DNA of 64,000 nt, taken from positions 23,390,628 through 23,454,627 of the forward strand of contig OZ037767.1 of assembly GCA_964035545.1 (NCBI GenBank), in the 5' to 3' direction. Positions 24,001 to 35,882 of the stretch are shown here, piece by piece. A program made the position numbers and the translations under genes. The first letter of the stretch is position 1. Each line of letters starts with the position of its first letter. Source of the stretch: Bugula neritina. Lineage: Eukaryota > Animalia > Bryozoa. The notes beneath the pieces were generated by a model that saw only the letters and a list, made by a program, of their open reading frames with translations, was not told the origin of the DNA and did no database searches.

Positions 24001-26750
24001 TAAACACAACTGCCTCAGTATTTATAGTAAACAAAACACTCTAGAACATTCTCAAGCATTCCGGTATAGAAGATTCTAGTAGAAAGCATTCCCCACATGC
24101 CAATACTATTTATAGAAAATCAAAACAAAACAAAACATTGGAATTTCCATGGTTATTAACATGACTAATGAAAACAATAACAATGAACAATGACCCATCT
24201 CTTTGATCAGTTTAGAATATTTATGAACATTTTTGTATAATCATTAGGAAAAACCCGGTAAGTCTATAGGTATATATACACTCAGAATTTGTGACATACA
24301 ATTTTAATGGTTAGCATCTATGTTTTGCTGAGTATGAAATAGTGTAGCTATAATTTCGCAGACAAAATTAAACAAGTAAACCTTCACACCGAGCTCTACA
24401 TTTTACTGCTAGAAAGACAACTCTACTAAACATGTGGGAGTATGAAAAATGTGTGCTGGCTTATTAAGTAAGCTAGAAGCGTGCAGCAGTGCAACACTTC
24501 ACTATATCTAATGCAACAATCCTAATGCAAGTTTGGGGGGGGGGGGGTAACATTGCAGTACTAGTTTGATTTTAGAATGATTGCAGGTTGGACACTGCTA
24601 CAATTTTACAATTGATAGAAAATACAAAAACAAAAATAATTATATAGCTGAGAAAAAATACTCAAAAAGCTTATTTCATAGCAATGAAATAAATGAAACT
24701 AGCAAAAAATATTTATTAATATTTCTTTAAACTAACTATTGCATATATAACATTGCCAACAGTCAATATTGAATTAATATTAATTATTATGCAAGCAGCA
24801 GTAAAAAAACAGTGGCATCATTTCATTTTATAAATTTGAACAACATGTTATTGTGTACAATGAATGTGATGGCTTTGTTCAAGCGATGAGTGAGACACCA
24901 ATGTAAAAAGTTTTAGTAATTGCCCATGCTTATTTTACACATCAAATATTTATCTAACATAAACCAGGTGTGATCACCTTTTATCAGTTGGTAGTTGTAT
25001 ACACATACCTGAATGGTGAGAGACACCACCATTAGTATAATATACTCCATATTTAAACAATATGTGGCTAGTTGCTCCACATGCACTGTTTTCTTATTGC
25101 TCTCAGAAGAACTCCAGCTTGTCAGACTTAATAAATAACAATAGGCTGAGTTTCACATATAACATACATTAGTTTTAGCAGAGTAAAATGTCAGACTATC
25201 TAGCTTACGCTTAGATTGGGGCAAGTCTGGTAGTTTAATCATGCTTTATTAACTACAAGGTACTTCACTTGCCTGCCATTCAACTGGTAATACATTATGA
25301 GTGTATAACTAAGTTATTATAACACAGCTTATATTTTTTGTAAAACATTATTTTAGCTGCTTTTATTTCTGGTATTTTTTCATGAAGGGAAAAACACTGA
25401 CCAGCCACTTTTCTCCCTGTTTACTCTGCTTACATTTTATTTTGCTTGTTTTTCCCTTATAAATGCATTTTTGACCAAAATCTGCATGCTATTCCTCACA
25501 AACAGTTGAATTATGATTAAAAAATTGAAGTATTAATTTGATCAAGGACACATTAAACTCAAATAATACACACAACGTACCTACACAAAGCTCGTAGATT
25601 GCCTGCTGGCCAACCATATGCTATGAAATCAATGCTTTTCTCACAGAAACTGTAAACTCCTTGAGATAGACTAGAGGATTCCTATAAATGGAAAAAACGA
25701 AGTTGCTGGTAAAAATAGCCTAACATATAAATTTCAACAATAAAAAAGCTTAATTTGAGAAACTCGAGTAAAATATTAGAAGTTTACAAGTGATAAAAAT
25801 TGAACTATAGATTTCAGTATATGAATTTTTTCACATTAATTCTGTCTACCAATATACTATCTACTTAGTTTTGTATGTAACTCATTTAGCCTACTGAATG
25901 TCTGTCTGTTTGTATGTATGTATGTATTTCTAGATACGTCTATCTTGCCCCCACCGGGATTCGAATCACATACTTCCGGCTTGCAAGCAGGCTCGCTAAC
26001 CAATTGCACCACCAGGGTTGCTGTGTTAACTCAATGCTACGCCAAGTAAAATGAGTTAGCTTTCAACAGACTCCCAGTAATAAGTCTCAGGGTAAATATT
26101 TCTCCGTTTATAGACTATGCCCTATTAATACTAGTTTATATGCTGCATACCTTGGCTGTTCCAGCTGGTCTCTCCACATTTAAGCTTGTAGCTGTCTCAT
26201 AACTGGAAAGCAGTATGCCACCTGCAGTGTAAGCAGATGCCAGTAAAGACAACTACAATTAGATAAATAAAAGCATAAATACATTAAAGTAGCATAAGTT
26301 TTATATATTATATAGCATGCTATTTTTTGTAGTGATTTATATATTATGATCATTTAAAATAATTCCACATTCTAAAAGTTTCAACTGTTTAGACATCAAG
26401 CAATGTTGGTGCATAATAAATGTATAAAGTAGTATAGTTCTGGTCTGCAATGAAATAACATCTAATCTAAAATTCCAAATAATATCCTAAATCAAAACAG
26501 GTTTTGTAAAAAACCTATTTGGATTGGAGTCATAATATATTGAGTAATAAATAATTTACAAGGCTAACATAAAGAATATACAAATCAAATTTTCAACTGT
26601 AATCAGAAAAAAATTATAAAATATTTCTAGACTTTTTTAAACCACATTAACTTTTTAAAAAAATTGCTGCTTTTTATTAAAAAAACAATTTAAAAGGTTT
26701 TTTGCTGTTTGCAAGTACATATAATTATTAAATCTCGACTTACAGTGCAT
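18086..26750 (-). CDS. Uncharacterised ~1000-aa Lys/Ser/Thr/Arg-rich, probably disordered protein (11 coding exons)
   Basis: Phase-consistent exons 26750-26744, 26221-26151, 25681-25581, 25126-25009, ~23472-23399, ~23097-22961, 22540-20987, 20648-20220, 20045-19945, 19460-19294, ~18347-18086. No recognised domain. The start codon is uncertain. Confidence 0.72.
20320..20395 (-). repeat. Coding 21-bp tandem repeat (DKITEDP x3)
   Basis: GGGATCTTCAGTGATTTTGTC units in the exon. Confidence 0.85.
20824..20950 (+). mobile_element. tRNA(Ala-like)-derived SINE copy
   Basis: GTAGTGTGATGTTAAGCACGCCAGCTTGCAAGTTGGAATTCTGAGGTTCAATTCCTAGTGGAGGCA has a CTTGCAA loop and a B-box. The tail ACAAACAGACA is shared with the 25890-26020 copy. 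Confidence 0.6.
23822..24296. mobile_element. Solo LTR (475 bp) of a second LTR family, in an intron
   Basis: TGTCACAAA...TTTGTGACA inverted termini, flanked by a perfect 5-bp TSD TACAA (23817-23821 and 24297-24301). Confidence 0.85.
25890..26020 (-). mobile_element. tRNA-Ala(UGC)-like SINE / tRNA pseudogene with (TACA)n/(CAGA)n tail
   Basis: Minus strand GGTGGTGCAATTGGTTAGCGAGCCTGCTTGCAAGCCGGAAGTATGTGATTCGAATCCCGGTGGGGGCA. The acceptor stem is imperfect and a microsatellite tail follows. Confidence 0.65.
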
Positions 26751-27959
26751 AAATAAAGGCTGGCATGAGATGAAGTAGTTTGAAGTCTTCTAAAAAACAT
26801 CCAATAGCGAGCATACTTCCTGGTTGTATTCGTCAGCACAGTAACAGCCCCGTAGAGTAACTGTAACGTGTAGAAACTACACAGTAGTATATGGAGTAAT
26901 AGCCAGGAGCCTCTTGTGTTCTGGAAATATATTCATTTCTTTATTCACAGTAAATCAAAAACAGATTCAAGGTTTCACAGGTTTTGAATCCTATGAACAA
27001 ATTATTATCACTTATAAATATAATAGATGTAGAACAGCTTTACCATATTTATAAAATAACAAATATAATGTTTTTTTTATGTAAAATATTTATCCAAACA
27101 AATTATTATAGCCCCATTTGCAAAAAATAGTTTGTATTTATTTCAATTATGAAGCCTTTTTCACATGTTATAACACTTTAGAGTTTAGTGGTAAATAGAA
27201 TTTGTTGCTTATGAAAATAGCTGCCCAAGTTTTCTTTTCATGGTTTTTAATAGTCAATTAATTTTGTTTAATTGTTAAAAGCTGCAATTTACTAGGTTTT
27301 AAAAGTTCATAACTATATTTTACAGCTCTATAATGAAAATCTACCTACTTTTTTGCTTTTCTCCTGCTCCAGTTTTACTGTATTTGCTTGGTAGATCACA
27401 AACAGGGACAGGCACATTAAAAATACAGCTGTTAAATTTTCTCTGCTATTTCTGTGTTTCATAACTTTTAATGCAAATAAAGGTATGTCAGCTTAAAATC
27501 ACTAACAGCTATTTTTCAATAGCAAGTCTGCAATCTAAGCAGCAGCTAATGCAAAGATCATTTATTCAAAAATATCGAATACATCATATAAATATATAAT
27601 TTTTTCTGAACTGAAGAAAATTTTTGTGTGAAAAGTAGATTCTGATTCTGCTTAACTGGTGTATATTTTATAAAGTAAGTCACGTGACAAGCCTTATAGG
27701 TATTAGACTAGATGCGAGGTAAAACTCAGCAACAACTGCATGCATGCAAATTTTTAATCATGCATCAGTAGTACATACCTCTAAACAAGTTCGAGTAAAT
27801 AGTTGTGGAAACACTTTGTCATATAAAAATATTGTTTGAGAATTAACCTTGTGTGTAACAATTTGTAGCCCTGAGGTAGTGTATGACTCAATGCTGTGTT
27901 TTTGATGAACACATTCTTGTATACTAGTTAATTGCTCTGGTAGACTAGCTGCAAGAGTA

Positions 27960-29280
27960 ATGGGTTCAAACGCAAGCAGCGATGAAGATAAACAAGACAT
28001 CCCATCTGAAAGTTTCCATCTGCAGTATATGAGTGGATTACTACACCATGGGGCCAAGGATAAAGTTAGAAGATACCAAAGTTGCCTCTACAATACTTAT
28101 GCAGCTCCAATTGTTAAATATCATCGTGATAGTGTCTTAACTACGAAAGCTCAATCATCAAGTTCCAACGGTAAGTGTGTAGATTATGCAATAATTTTAA
28201 GAGTTTAAAAGCAGGTTTACATTTAAGTTTATGTTGGGAGTGTACATATAAAAAATTTTTGCTATAAGCTTATAAGTTGGAATAGATGTTTCATCTTATT
28301 AGTTTTTCATCATTTCTCACTACATCTCTTTTAGCTGTTCTCAGGGGAATAGGTAGCCTAATAGATGTTCGATGAAATTTTACGTTGCATTGCTTACTAC
28401 CCCACACCCAATTTGTTACATCACCTGTCACACTACCTGTCACATCACCTTTTCACAATCTGTCATACAGCTTGTCATATCACCTGTCATACCCTGTGAT
28501 ACAACTGGTCCTATTACTTGTCATGCCACCTGTCATGACACTTGCCATAACCTGTCATACAACTGGTCATAGCACATGTCACATACATACCATAAAGTTG
28601 TTTCTTCAAAATAATATTACCTCCTATTGTCCCATAGTAGTTTAGAATTATTATGCAATCTATTATTAATCAAACTAGATATGTGGAAGAGTTTGCTTCT
28701 ATTCAATTGTAGTAATTAAATAATTGATACTAATTATAATTATTGCAATTACTATAAAACATTTTCAAGTTCAGTCTTATTACTATAAATTAAGTTAATT
28801 TTTAGTGCATTCGAAATTGTACTGCTATAACCTTGTAGCAAAACTTCAACATATTCTAATGTGATTTACAAACACTTTTTAATTAAAATAGCTTATATAA
28901 AAGTAAGTTTGAGGTTTTAATGCTATGTTTTAAAAAATGTATATAGTGTTTAATTTGTATCAAATTTTTTAGCTGCCATTAGGAATTCAAACGAAAAAGG
29001 TCAATCAACAATTTCAAAGAGTGAAATTTTAAAGAAGAATGTAATTCAGACAACGAAGGGCTGCGATGAAATCAATCAAATGAATATTGAAAATATAAAT
29101 GTATTGCCCCTCTCTATTACCAGACGCCAGAGTTGTCTACCATCATCTATAGAGATTAGTATTCTAACAAAACACCTCAACTTTAAACTCTTCTCTAGAA
29201 AAACCAAAATTTTAAAGAACATTCACAACAGAGAAAGCAATAGTGAAAGAAGAAGACTTTTACAGTATAAGTTGAGTTGA
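27960..29280 (+). CDS. Uncharacterised 172-aa protein with N-myristoylation-type start (MGSNAS)
   Basis: Exon 27960-28170 (G|GTAAGT) joins in phase 1 to 28973-29280 (TTTTTTAG|CT) and stays open to TGA. Confidence 0.65.
28415..28585. repeat. Degenerate ~12-bp minisatellite (CACCTGTCATAC-like)
   Basis: Repeated cctgtcac/cctgtcat/cttgtcat units in an intron. Confidence 0.75.
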
Positions 29281-30259
29281 TACTTATGTTGTCTGACAAT
29301 TTCCCTCAATTTATTAATTTATTGTATCATAAAATCAACAGATTAGAGTTGCCATTTAAATAAAAATGCTGTTTAAAATGAAATATTTACGTAATATGAG
29401 CTAGAGTTTAGTTTAAATGTTTGTAAATATAAATGCAAATATACTATTATCTAAATAAAGAAACTGATTGGTTCATTACTGGCTCCTTAGTTTGATTTAC
29501 CTGAACTCTTAGACTATAGAGAAATACAATATCAATACTGAACAAAAGTTGTTACACCCCTTTCTTAACATGCCTACTGGTCAACTTGGTTATTTAGATT
29601 ATACCTTTAAAGAAAATATAACACAATTTTATCAACAACTATTAAATATTTGAGATAGTTTATATATTGACAACATTTTTCACAATTAGCTTAGTGAAAT
29701 ATAAATCAAATTTTAGGCAACATTTCTGTCAATTCATGAATGGTTCTGTCCAAACCTACACACCCAATAGTTTCTTGTAGACATGCACAGCAAGTTATTA
29801 ATATTATTGTCTCTGTCAAATAACATGCTGTAAGTTTATAACACACCAGCAGATTTCATTCTACCTCCTGGAGTATTGGTTTTTAACTTTTATTATACTT
29901 TTAGCATTTTTTTGTGTAAGTTAAAACTCCAGGGTATTCTTATAGTAAAGTTATTTATAGCTCTGGTAAAATTATTACAAATTAATAAGTAAATAACTGT
30001 CAAAGTAGTGGTTAAGTGCAGAGGAGAATATTTTTGCCTGGGTTGAGCACTTATTTTTTGCCGTGACGTTTGAGTTGGCTTTATTTCATAGTTAGAATTA
30101 ATGTTTTGTGCTAAGAAAAATGTTTGAACTAGCTCCATATATATATAGGGCGTTGTAGCATGCAATTTTAAAAGTATTAGTCTATAGTTAGTGAGTGTGT
30201 GGAAGTATTAGGGTGAAAGCTATATAAGACTAAAGTTAACTGAAAAATTTCAAAATAAT

Positions 30260-30425
30260 CCTGTGAAGTTTAGAGGTAGTTTGTAACACTTAGAAGTAGT
30301 TTTGTAAAGTTTAGAGGTGGTTCTGTAACATTTAGAGGTAAATCTGTAAAGTTTAAAAATAATTCTTTGAGGCTTAGGCCTTAGAGGTAGCCCTGTAAGA
30401 TTTAGAGTTGGCTGTGTAAAGTTAA
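30260..30425. repeat. Degenerate ~21-bp minisatellite
   Basis: TGTAAAGTTTAGAGGTAGTT-like units. Confidence 0.7.
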
Positions 30426-30778
30426 GCTACTAGAATTTATCATCTACATTCTATTTGGTGGCCAGTGAGTCAGTTAGTTTCTGAAGATGCATATAAAAAA
30501 ACACTATCTATTAAAGTTACTAAAATTTTAGAGAAAATTTATTCAATAAGGCAAAGTGTTACATGAATGTTTTGGATGACTGTACTAATCCAAACAGGTG
30601 GGGAATATTGCCAATGCTATAATTATTAAGCACAGTAATGAATAAAAATGTTAACCCTGATTACAAAGTAATGATGTGGCAAATATATCCATGTAGCTTA
30701 TATGATAGACAATTTTCTTCTGTAGCATATGGTGACGGTATAATATATACTATTGGTTGACTCAGGTTAAGTTTCTAA

Positions 30779-30830
30779 CCAATCAGTTGACAGCTACACT
30801 CAGGACTCCAGCCCAAAGACTATATATAAG
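30779..30830 (+). promoter_or_regulatory. CCAAT box and TATA box of the defensin-like gene
   Basis: CCAATC at 30779 and TATATATAAG at 30821-30830, upstream of a non-coding exon ending CAG|GTAAGT at ~30906. Confidence 0.6.
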
Positions 30831-31049
30831 TAGAGGTTATTTTATACTAAGTATTGTGTGTTTCTTCTTTGTTATAGCATACTGTAGACTATTAAACATT
30901 AGCCAGGTAAGTTAGTCAATGTATTTTACTCTTTAGCTAATATTAACAAGTATGTTTATTAAAGATTCATCATATTTTGAATAATGTATAAATTAATATG
31001 GAAATATAAATAAGAATTCACTCAAATGCTTGTAGTTCACAGATTCAAT

Positions 31050-31492
31050 ATGAAGTTCTTTGCTTTCTTATCAATTACCATCATCATCATGGCTTTCCTT
31101 GGTAAGCATAAAACTGTTTTATATTATGTTAATATTGACAAACAATACTATATATTCATACTCCTTGCTCTGAATATAGTAACTATAATAAAGTTGACAG
31201 AAATATAAATATCACCTCCTGAAATACTTGTGTGTTTAACAAATAAACTTGAGACCTGAATCATATATCATTACTAGCACCAATTACAGTATCTCATTAA
31301 ACTATTATATTATGTTCATGAAGTTTATAATAAACCTTAAGTATTCTGTTTTCTTTAGATCTGGTGGAAGCAGGTCCCACCACAACTAAATCAAGTTTGA
31401 AAGAGTGTAAGAAATATTGCTACAAGAGAGGTTATACCCGAGGGAGTTATTTGTTCAAGTTCATATGCACCTGCAGAGGCGAAAAAAGTTAG
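31050..31492 (+). CDS. Secreted cationic cysteine-stabilised (CxxxC...CxC) defensin-like peptide, 61-aa precursor
   Basis: Exons 31050-31101 and 31359-31492 give MKFFAFLSITIIIMAFLDLVEA|GPTTTKSSLKECKKYCYKRGYTRGSYLFKFICTCRGEKS*. Phase-1 intron in the signal peptide. AATAAA at 31598. Confidence 0.82.
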
Positions 31493-31664
31493 TTAGGCTA
31501 ATTTTGAAAGTGGTTTCACTTATCACCAAACATTTGATTTTGTAAACTATAAAGATAATTGCTCTCTATTTTTGTGAATTGTAATGCTTGTAATTACAAT
31601 AAAATTTTCTAGTTTTAATATCGGTTTTGAAAAAAATAAAGCAAATTATTTGATTGACATGTAC

Positions 31665-31945
31665 AAATATATACACTTTATACATATATACACTTTATAC
31701 CCATATAGGCTATATACTGTACACCTATATACACTTTATACCTATATATACTATATACCTATATACACGTATTACCTATATACACTTTATACCTATATAC
31801 ACTTTACACCCATATCTACTTTACACCTATATACACTTTATACCTATATACACTTATTACCTATATACACTTTATACATATATACACTTTATACCTATAT
31901 ATACTTTATACCTACGTACACTTTATACCTATATACACTTTATGC
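31665..31945. repeat. 17-bp minisatellite
   Basis: TATACCTATATACACTT units. Confidence 0.9.
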
Positions 31946-34496
31946 AGTAAAATACTGTTATGAGTAAAAGTAAAACTTTAAGTTACAAATTAGGGTTCTA
32001 TCCTGTGACAATCTGATCAATAACTGGAGAGCCTGCCTTAAGAATTTGTAATTTCATGAGAAATATATTATAAAATAAACACATAGTCATGAATTCTATC
32101 ATGCACTGACCACACTGGCATTTCAAACTTGGTAAACTCCCAAACATGTTAAATAAACCAAATATTTATTATTAAGTTGAAATATATAAAAAATACTTAA
32201 GGAAAGCTTCAAACTATTACAAATACTGAAAAACAAAACTAACCTGTGCCTCTTTAAGTTAATTCCAATTCAAATATAATAAACTGTTAAATATTCATTG
32301 CATTATACTGCTTTTACAACTTGAAATAATTATGCTATGTGATAACTTAACAGTGCTGATTTTATTTTTTTTGCTAGAAGTCGGCTGTTATAATTCCTCC
32401 CCCAATAATAAATAAAAAATACATCACTGCAAAAACCACCTTCAAGTGAATCAGTTGAACAACTAACAGCAGTAAATAAGACTATTCATCAGTATCCTGA
32501 TTCTTATTCTGCTGCATATTCTGCATATTCATATACTAATTTTGAAGGGTGTGTCAACCAGACACATAAACACGCAGAAATAAAATTTTAATGTATATAT
32601 AAAAGCATTTACACTGATATACTACTTATAAATCCTCACGCAAAATCAAAATTATATGCTACTAAAACTGAGTGCAGATTTGGCGTGTTTTAGATGGGCC
32701 ACCTGTATAGCCTACATGCTATTTCCTATTTATCTTACAATACATAAATATTATATTCATTATTTTCTATCAACAACCTCATGGGATTAGAGAACTTGGA
32801 TTAACACCTGTGAAACATTGCTTTGCTTGTCACTGTTCACCATATAATATATATTTAGTGTTTTCACAACTAGTGGTGGGCTGCAGAGATCGCAGGAGCT
32901 CAGCTATGGAGAGAAGCCCATAGCTAGCTACCCCAAGAGCTAGCAGCATGTTTACATGCACAGTGTGTGTATGTGTGTTTCATAGTTCATCATCATAGTA
33001 TATTAATAGCTCCTAAACCAAATATTGGTTACCCTGATGAGTTTCAATTAGTAGAGCCAGAGAGCAAGTTATACTACTAATAATCTTACATTAAACACAA
33101 GATACATATTAGTAACTATTGAAATCTAAGAGCAGAAGCTATATTATTTTCAAGTTATCAGAGAAGAGTGAAAGGTTTGTCTGCTAAGAATTTTCTTGTT
33201 TTTTATTTAGACTTATATTGTGTGTTTAGTTTATCTAGATTTCACAGTGTAGCTTCGTGAGCAAAAGTATTATAAGGTGGAATGAAATACTAATAACTAC
33301 ACTCACAAGACATCAGTTGAATTCCACACTCTTAGAGGAATACAATACATTTGTCTACAGTTATATTTTTCATTTCATACAGTATACTATAATATAACAT
33401 TTAATAGACACTTGTTATACAGGCACACTTAATTGATGGGTATGATAGATATAATTAGTTTAATGTGTGTCAGCATATTAACTTCTAGCCAAAGGATTAT
33501 AACATTTTATCCTTTAGCTATTCAACACTTTCTTTTATATGCAGAGCTATGATGGGTAACTAAAGAAAAAGCCTTCTAGGTTGGAGTGGCAGCTTTGAAA
33601 CTAAGTTACTTCTGCCTTTTATTCACTAGAGCCCGAACTGATCAGATGTGCCTAGAGAAGGGAAGCTTCTAGTACCAATACCACCAGTCAGTACAATTTC
33701 AACACAATTGGCTAGGAGCTCCGATCCCAGTCAAAGACATTACACACTGCTTCTACAAAGACAATAGTAGTCTGTCTCTTTCTTTCTCAATGTTTGGTAA
33801 GTTATCTTTTAAATAATTTTGTTAGCTTTGCCTGTCTTACTGTCATTGGTTTAACCAAAGTCTCTTTTTCTTTAGCTGGTACTTTCTCTCGTATGGTAAA
33901 CTTGAAAACCGACTTTAATAGTAGCACGATTCTTTAGATTGATGTGGCTTTTGTGACATGGGTAGTTTATTTTGGACCTAGACTTGACTTAGTTGCATAA
34001 TTTGCAATTTAAAATTGATTTTCTATGATTTATATTTTCGAAGACTTTAGTTAAAAACCCGTTAAGGTGAAGCTCTTTGTGAATCTATGCTATGCAAGAG
34101 TCTACATGTTGGTTGGCTATTTCAAAATTTGTGCTCACAAGTTCCTGCATGAATAAAAAAAGATTGACTATACAAAAACAATTAATAATAAAAGTCTCAA
34201 ATGAAGCCCTGCATGGCCAATTGAATTGTTTTGGTGAGAGACTGGTGAATTCCAGAAAGTTCTGCTTTGTTCTAAATTTTCAGCTGCTTCAGCAGCACTT
34301 ATCACACCCCCTGTCAACACATGACATATTTTGAGTTCTTGTGCTTGTTTGTGGACTTGATGATTGAATATTCTCTTTATAGGTCTGTAATTATAAATTA
34401 AGTGAAGTTAGTTGTTTTTCAGACACTGTTGTAGCCTGTTTTCTTAAAAGAAGTGAATTCTTGTTTACCAGATGGTAGCTGGAAACTGTTTGATGC

Positions 34497-34568
34497 CATA
34501 CTCCTTCATATCTGGTTTGAGAGCCTTTGTTAGTCTTGCATACTGCCTGGCTGTCATCTCCTCGTATG
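34497..34568 (-). pseudogene. SYF2: Isolated exon fragment of pre-mRNA splicing factor SYF2
   Basis: After a TTTTAG acceptor the sequence reads AYEEMTARQYARLTKALKPDMKEY, resembling the conserved SYF2 block (human approximately [24 protein letters not shown], from memory). No other SYF2 exons were seen. Confidence 0.7.
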
Positions 34569-34663
34569 CTAAAAGTGTTACACTGGTCCTACTGTTTCCA
34601 ATAGTTGTGTATTTGAAAATATTGATATAATGAAGTATATATAACATACTATATAGTATAACA

Positions 34664-35882
34664 TCTCTCTCTCTCTCTTGCAGTCAGTCGATACGACTAT
34701 GACTGTTTTATGGATTCGGCTTAAATTTGGTTGCAGCTCTCCACGCAGCTCTGTTGTCAGCTGTCTGCTGCCATGAACTCAAGTTTATTGCTCTCCATTT
34801 CATATTCCTCTTAGCAACATCTTTAAGTCTGAGTCTAGGTCGCCCTGTATTTCGTTTACCCTCTTTCAGCTGAGAGTAGAGCAATTGTGTTGGTAGCCGG
34901 CTATGTTCCATCCTGTGCACATGGCCTAGCCATCTCAAGTTCTTTTCTATAAGGATGTCCGCCATGCTTGGCAAATTGGCACGTCTTAATATTTCTTCAT
35001 TCCTAACTTTGTCATACCATTTTACGGCCATTATGTCTCTCAGTTGTCTCATCATGAAAGCGCTTAGCTTCTTCACCTGTGTCCTGTATATTGTCCATGT
35101 TTCTGCTCCATACAGCAGGCTTGAGAGCACCACCGCTTTGTAGACTTTACACTTTACCCTGATAGATACATGTCTGTTGTTCCAGAGTCTCTGCTGCAGC
35201 TTTCCGTAAGCCGCACTTGCTTTACTTAGTTTGCTCCGTGGCTCTTTACCTATTTTTGCTGTACAGGAAACAGTGCTTCCTAGATAAGTAACGTCTGAGG
35301 CAAGTGCAACTGGTTCTTGATCTATCATGACAACTTCAGGTTCAGGTAGAGGGTGGATGAGTTTGATTGGCTGGTACATGCATTCTGTCTTTTTTATGTT
35401 GATTTCTAAGCTAAACTGAGCTGCTGCTTTTGCAAAGTTGTTCACTAGCACTTGCATATCTGCAGCGCAGCGCAATGTGCCACCAAAGCACTGTCATCAG
35501 CAAACAACATCTCTCTGACTAGGTGTTTGGTAGTACGGGTCTTAGACTTGAACTGAGCCACATCAAAGAGATCAGCCCCATGTCGAGTTTGAATATAAAT
35601 CCCTTCATTTACATTTTTAAATGCCACCTCAAGCATAGCGGTCAAGTATAATGAAAATAGTGTGGGCGCAAGAACACACCCCTACTTGACACCATTGGTT
35701 ACTGTAAACTCATTTGAAGCATCTTTACCTTGCACTACCTTGGCTTGCATGCCTGCATGAAGAGCTTATATCAGGTTGGTGACCTTCTCAGTTAAGCCAA
35801 ACTTCTTCAGTACCCTCCAGAGGCCATCTCTTGATACTGTATCAAAGGCTTTTGTAAAGTCTATAAATACAGCATACAGCTT
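34664..35882 (-). mobile_element. 5'-truncated, decayed RTE-clade LINE (RT and C-terminal region)
   Basis: FIDFTKAFDTVSR, VK*GCVLAP, MLFADD, LLYGAETW, LRWLGHVHRM...GRP. Stops at ~35683 and ~35768, a 5-nt duplication frameshift at ~35465, a 3' stem-loop at 34681-34705 and a (GA)n tail. Confidence 0.93.

Noticed and set aside
25946-26017. Functional tRNA-Ala(UGC) gene
   Set aside because: The acceptor and T stems pair poorly, a microsatellite tail follows, and a diverged second copy exists; a SINE-like origin is more likely.
26744-28057. Minus-strand ORF 27758-28057 spliced to 26920-26744 as the N-terminus of the large orphan gene
   Set aside because: That frame terminates in the next exon (…RQLQA*) and overlaps the plus-strand gene; treated as probable 5' UTR.
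31584-31967. Tyr/Ile/His-rich ORFs (also 60176-60909)
   Set aside because: Translations of minisatellites.
33560-34390. Possible decayed coding sequence on the minus strand
   Set aside because: Some open stretches, but no recognisable motif or consistent exon chain.
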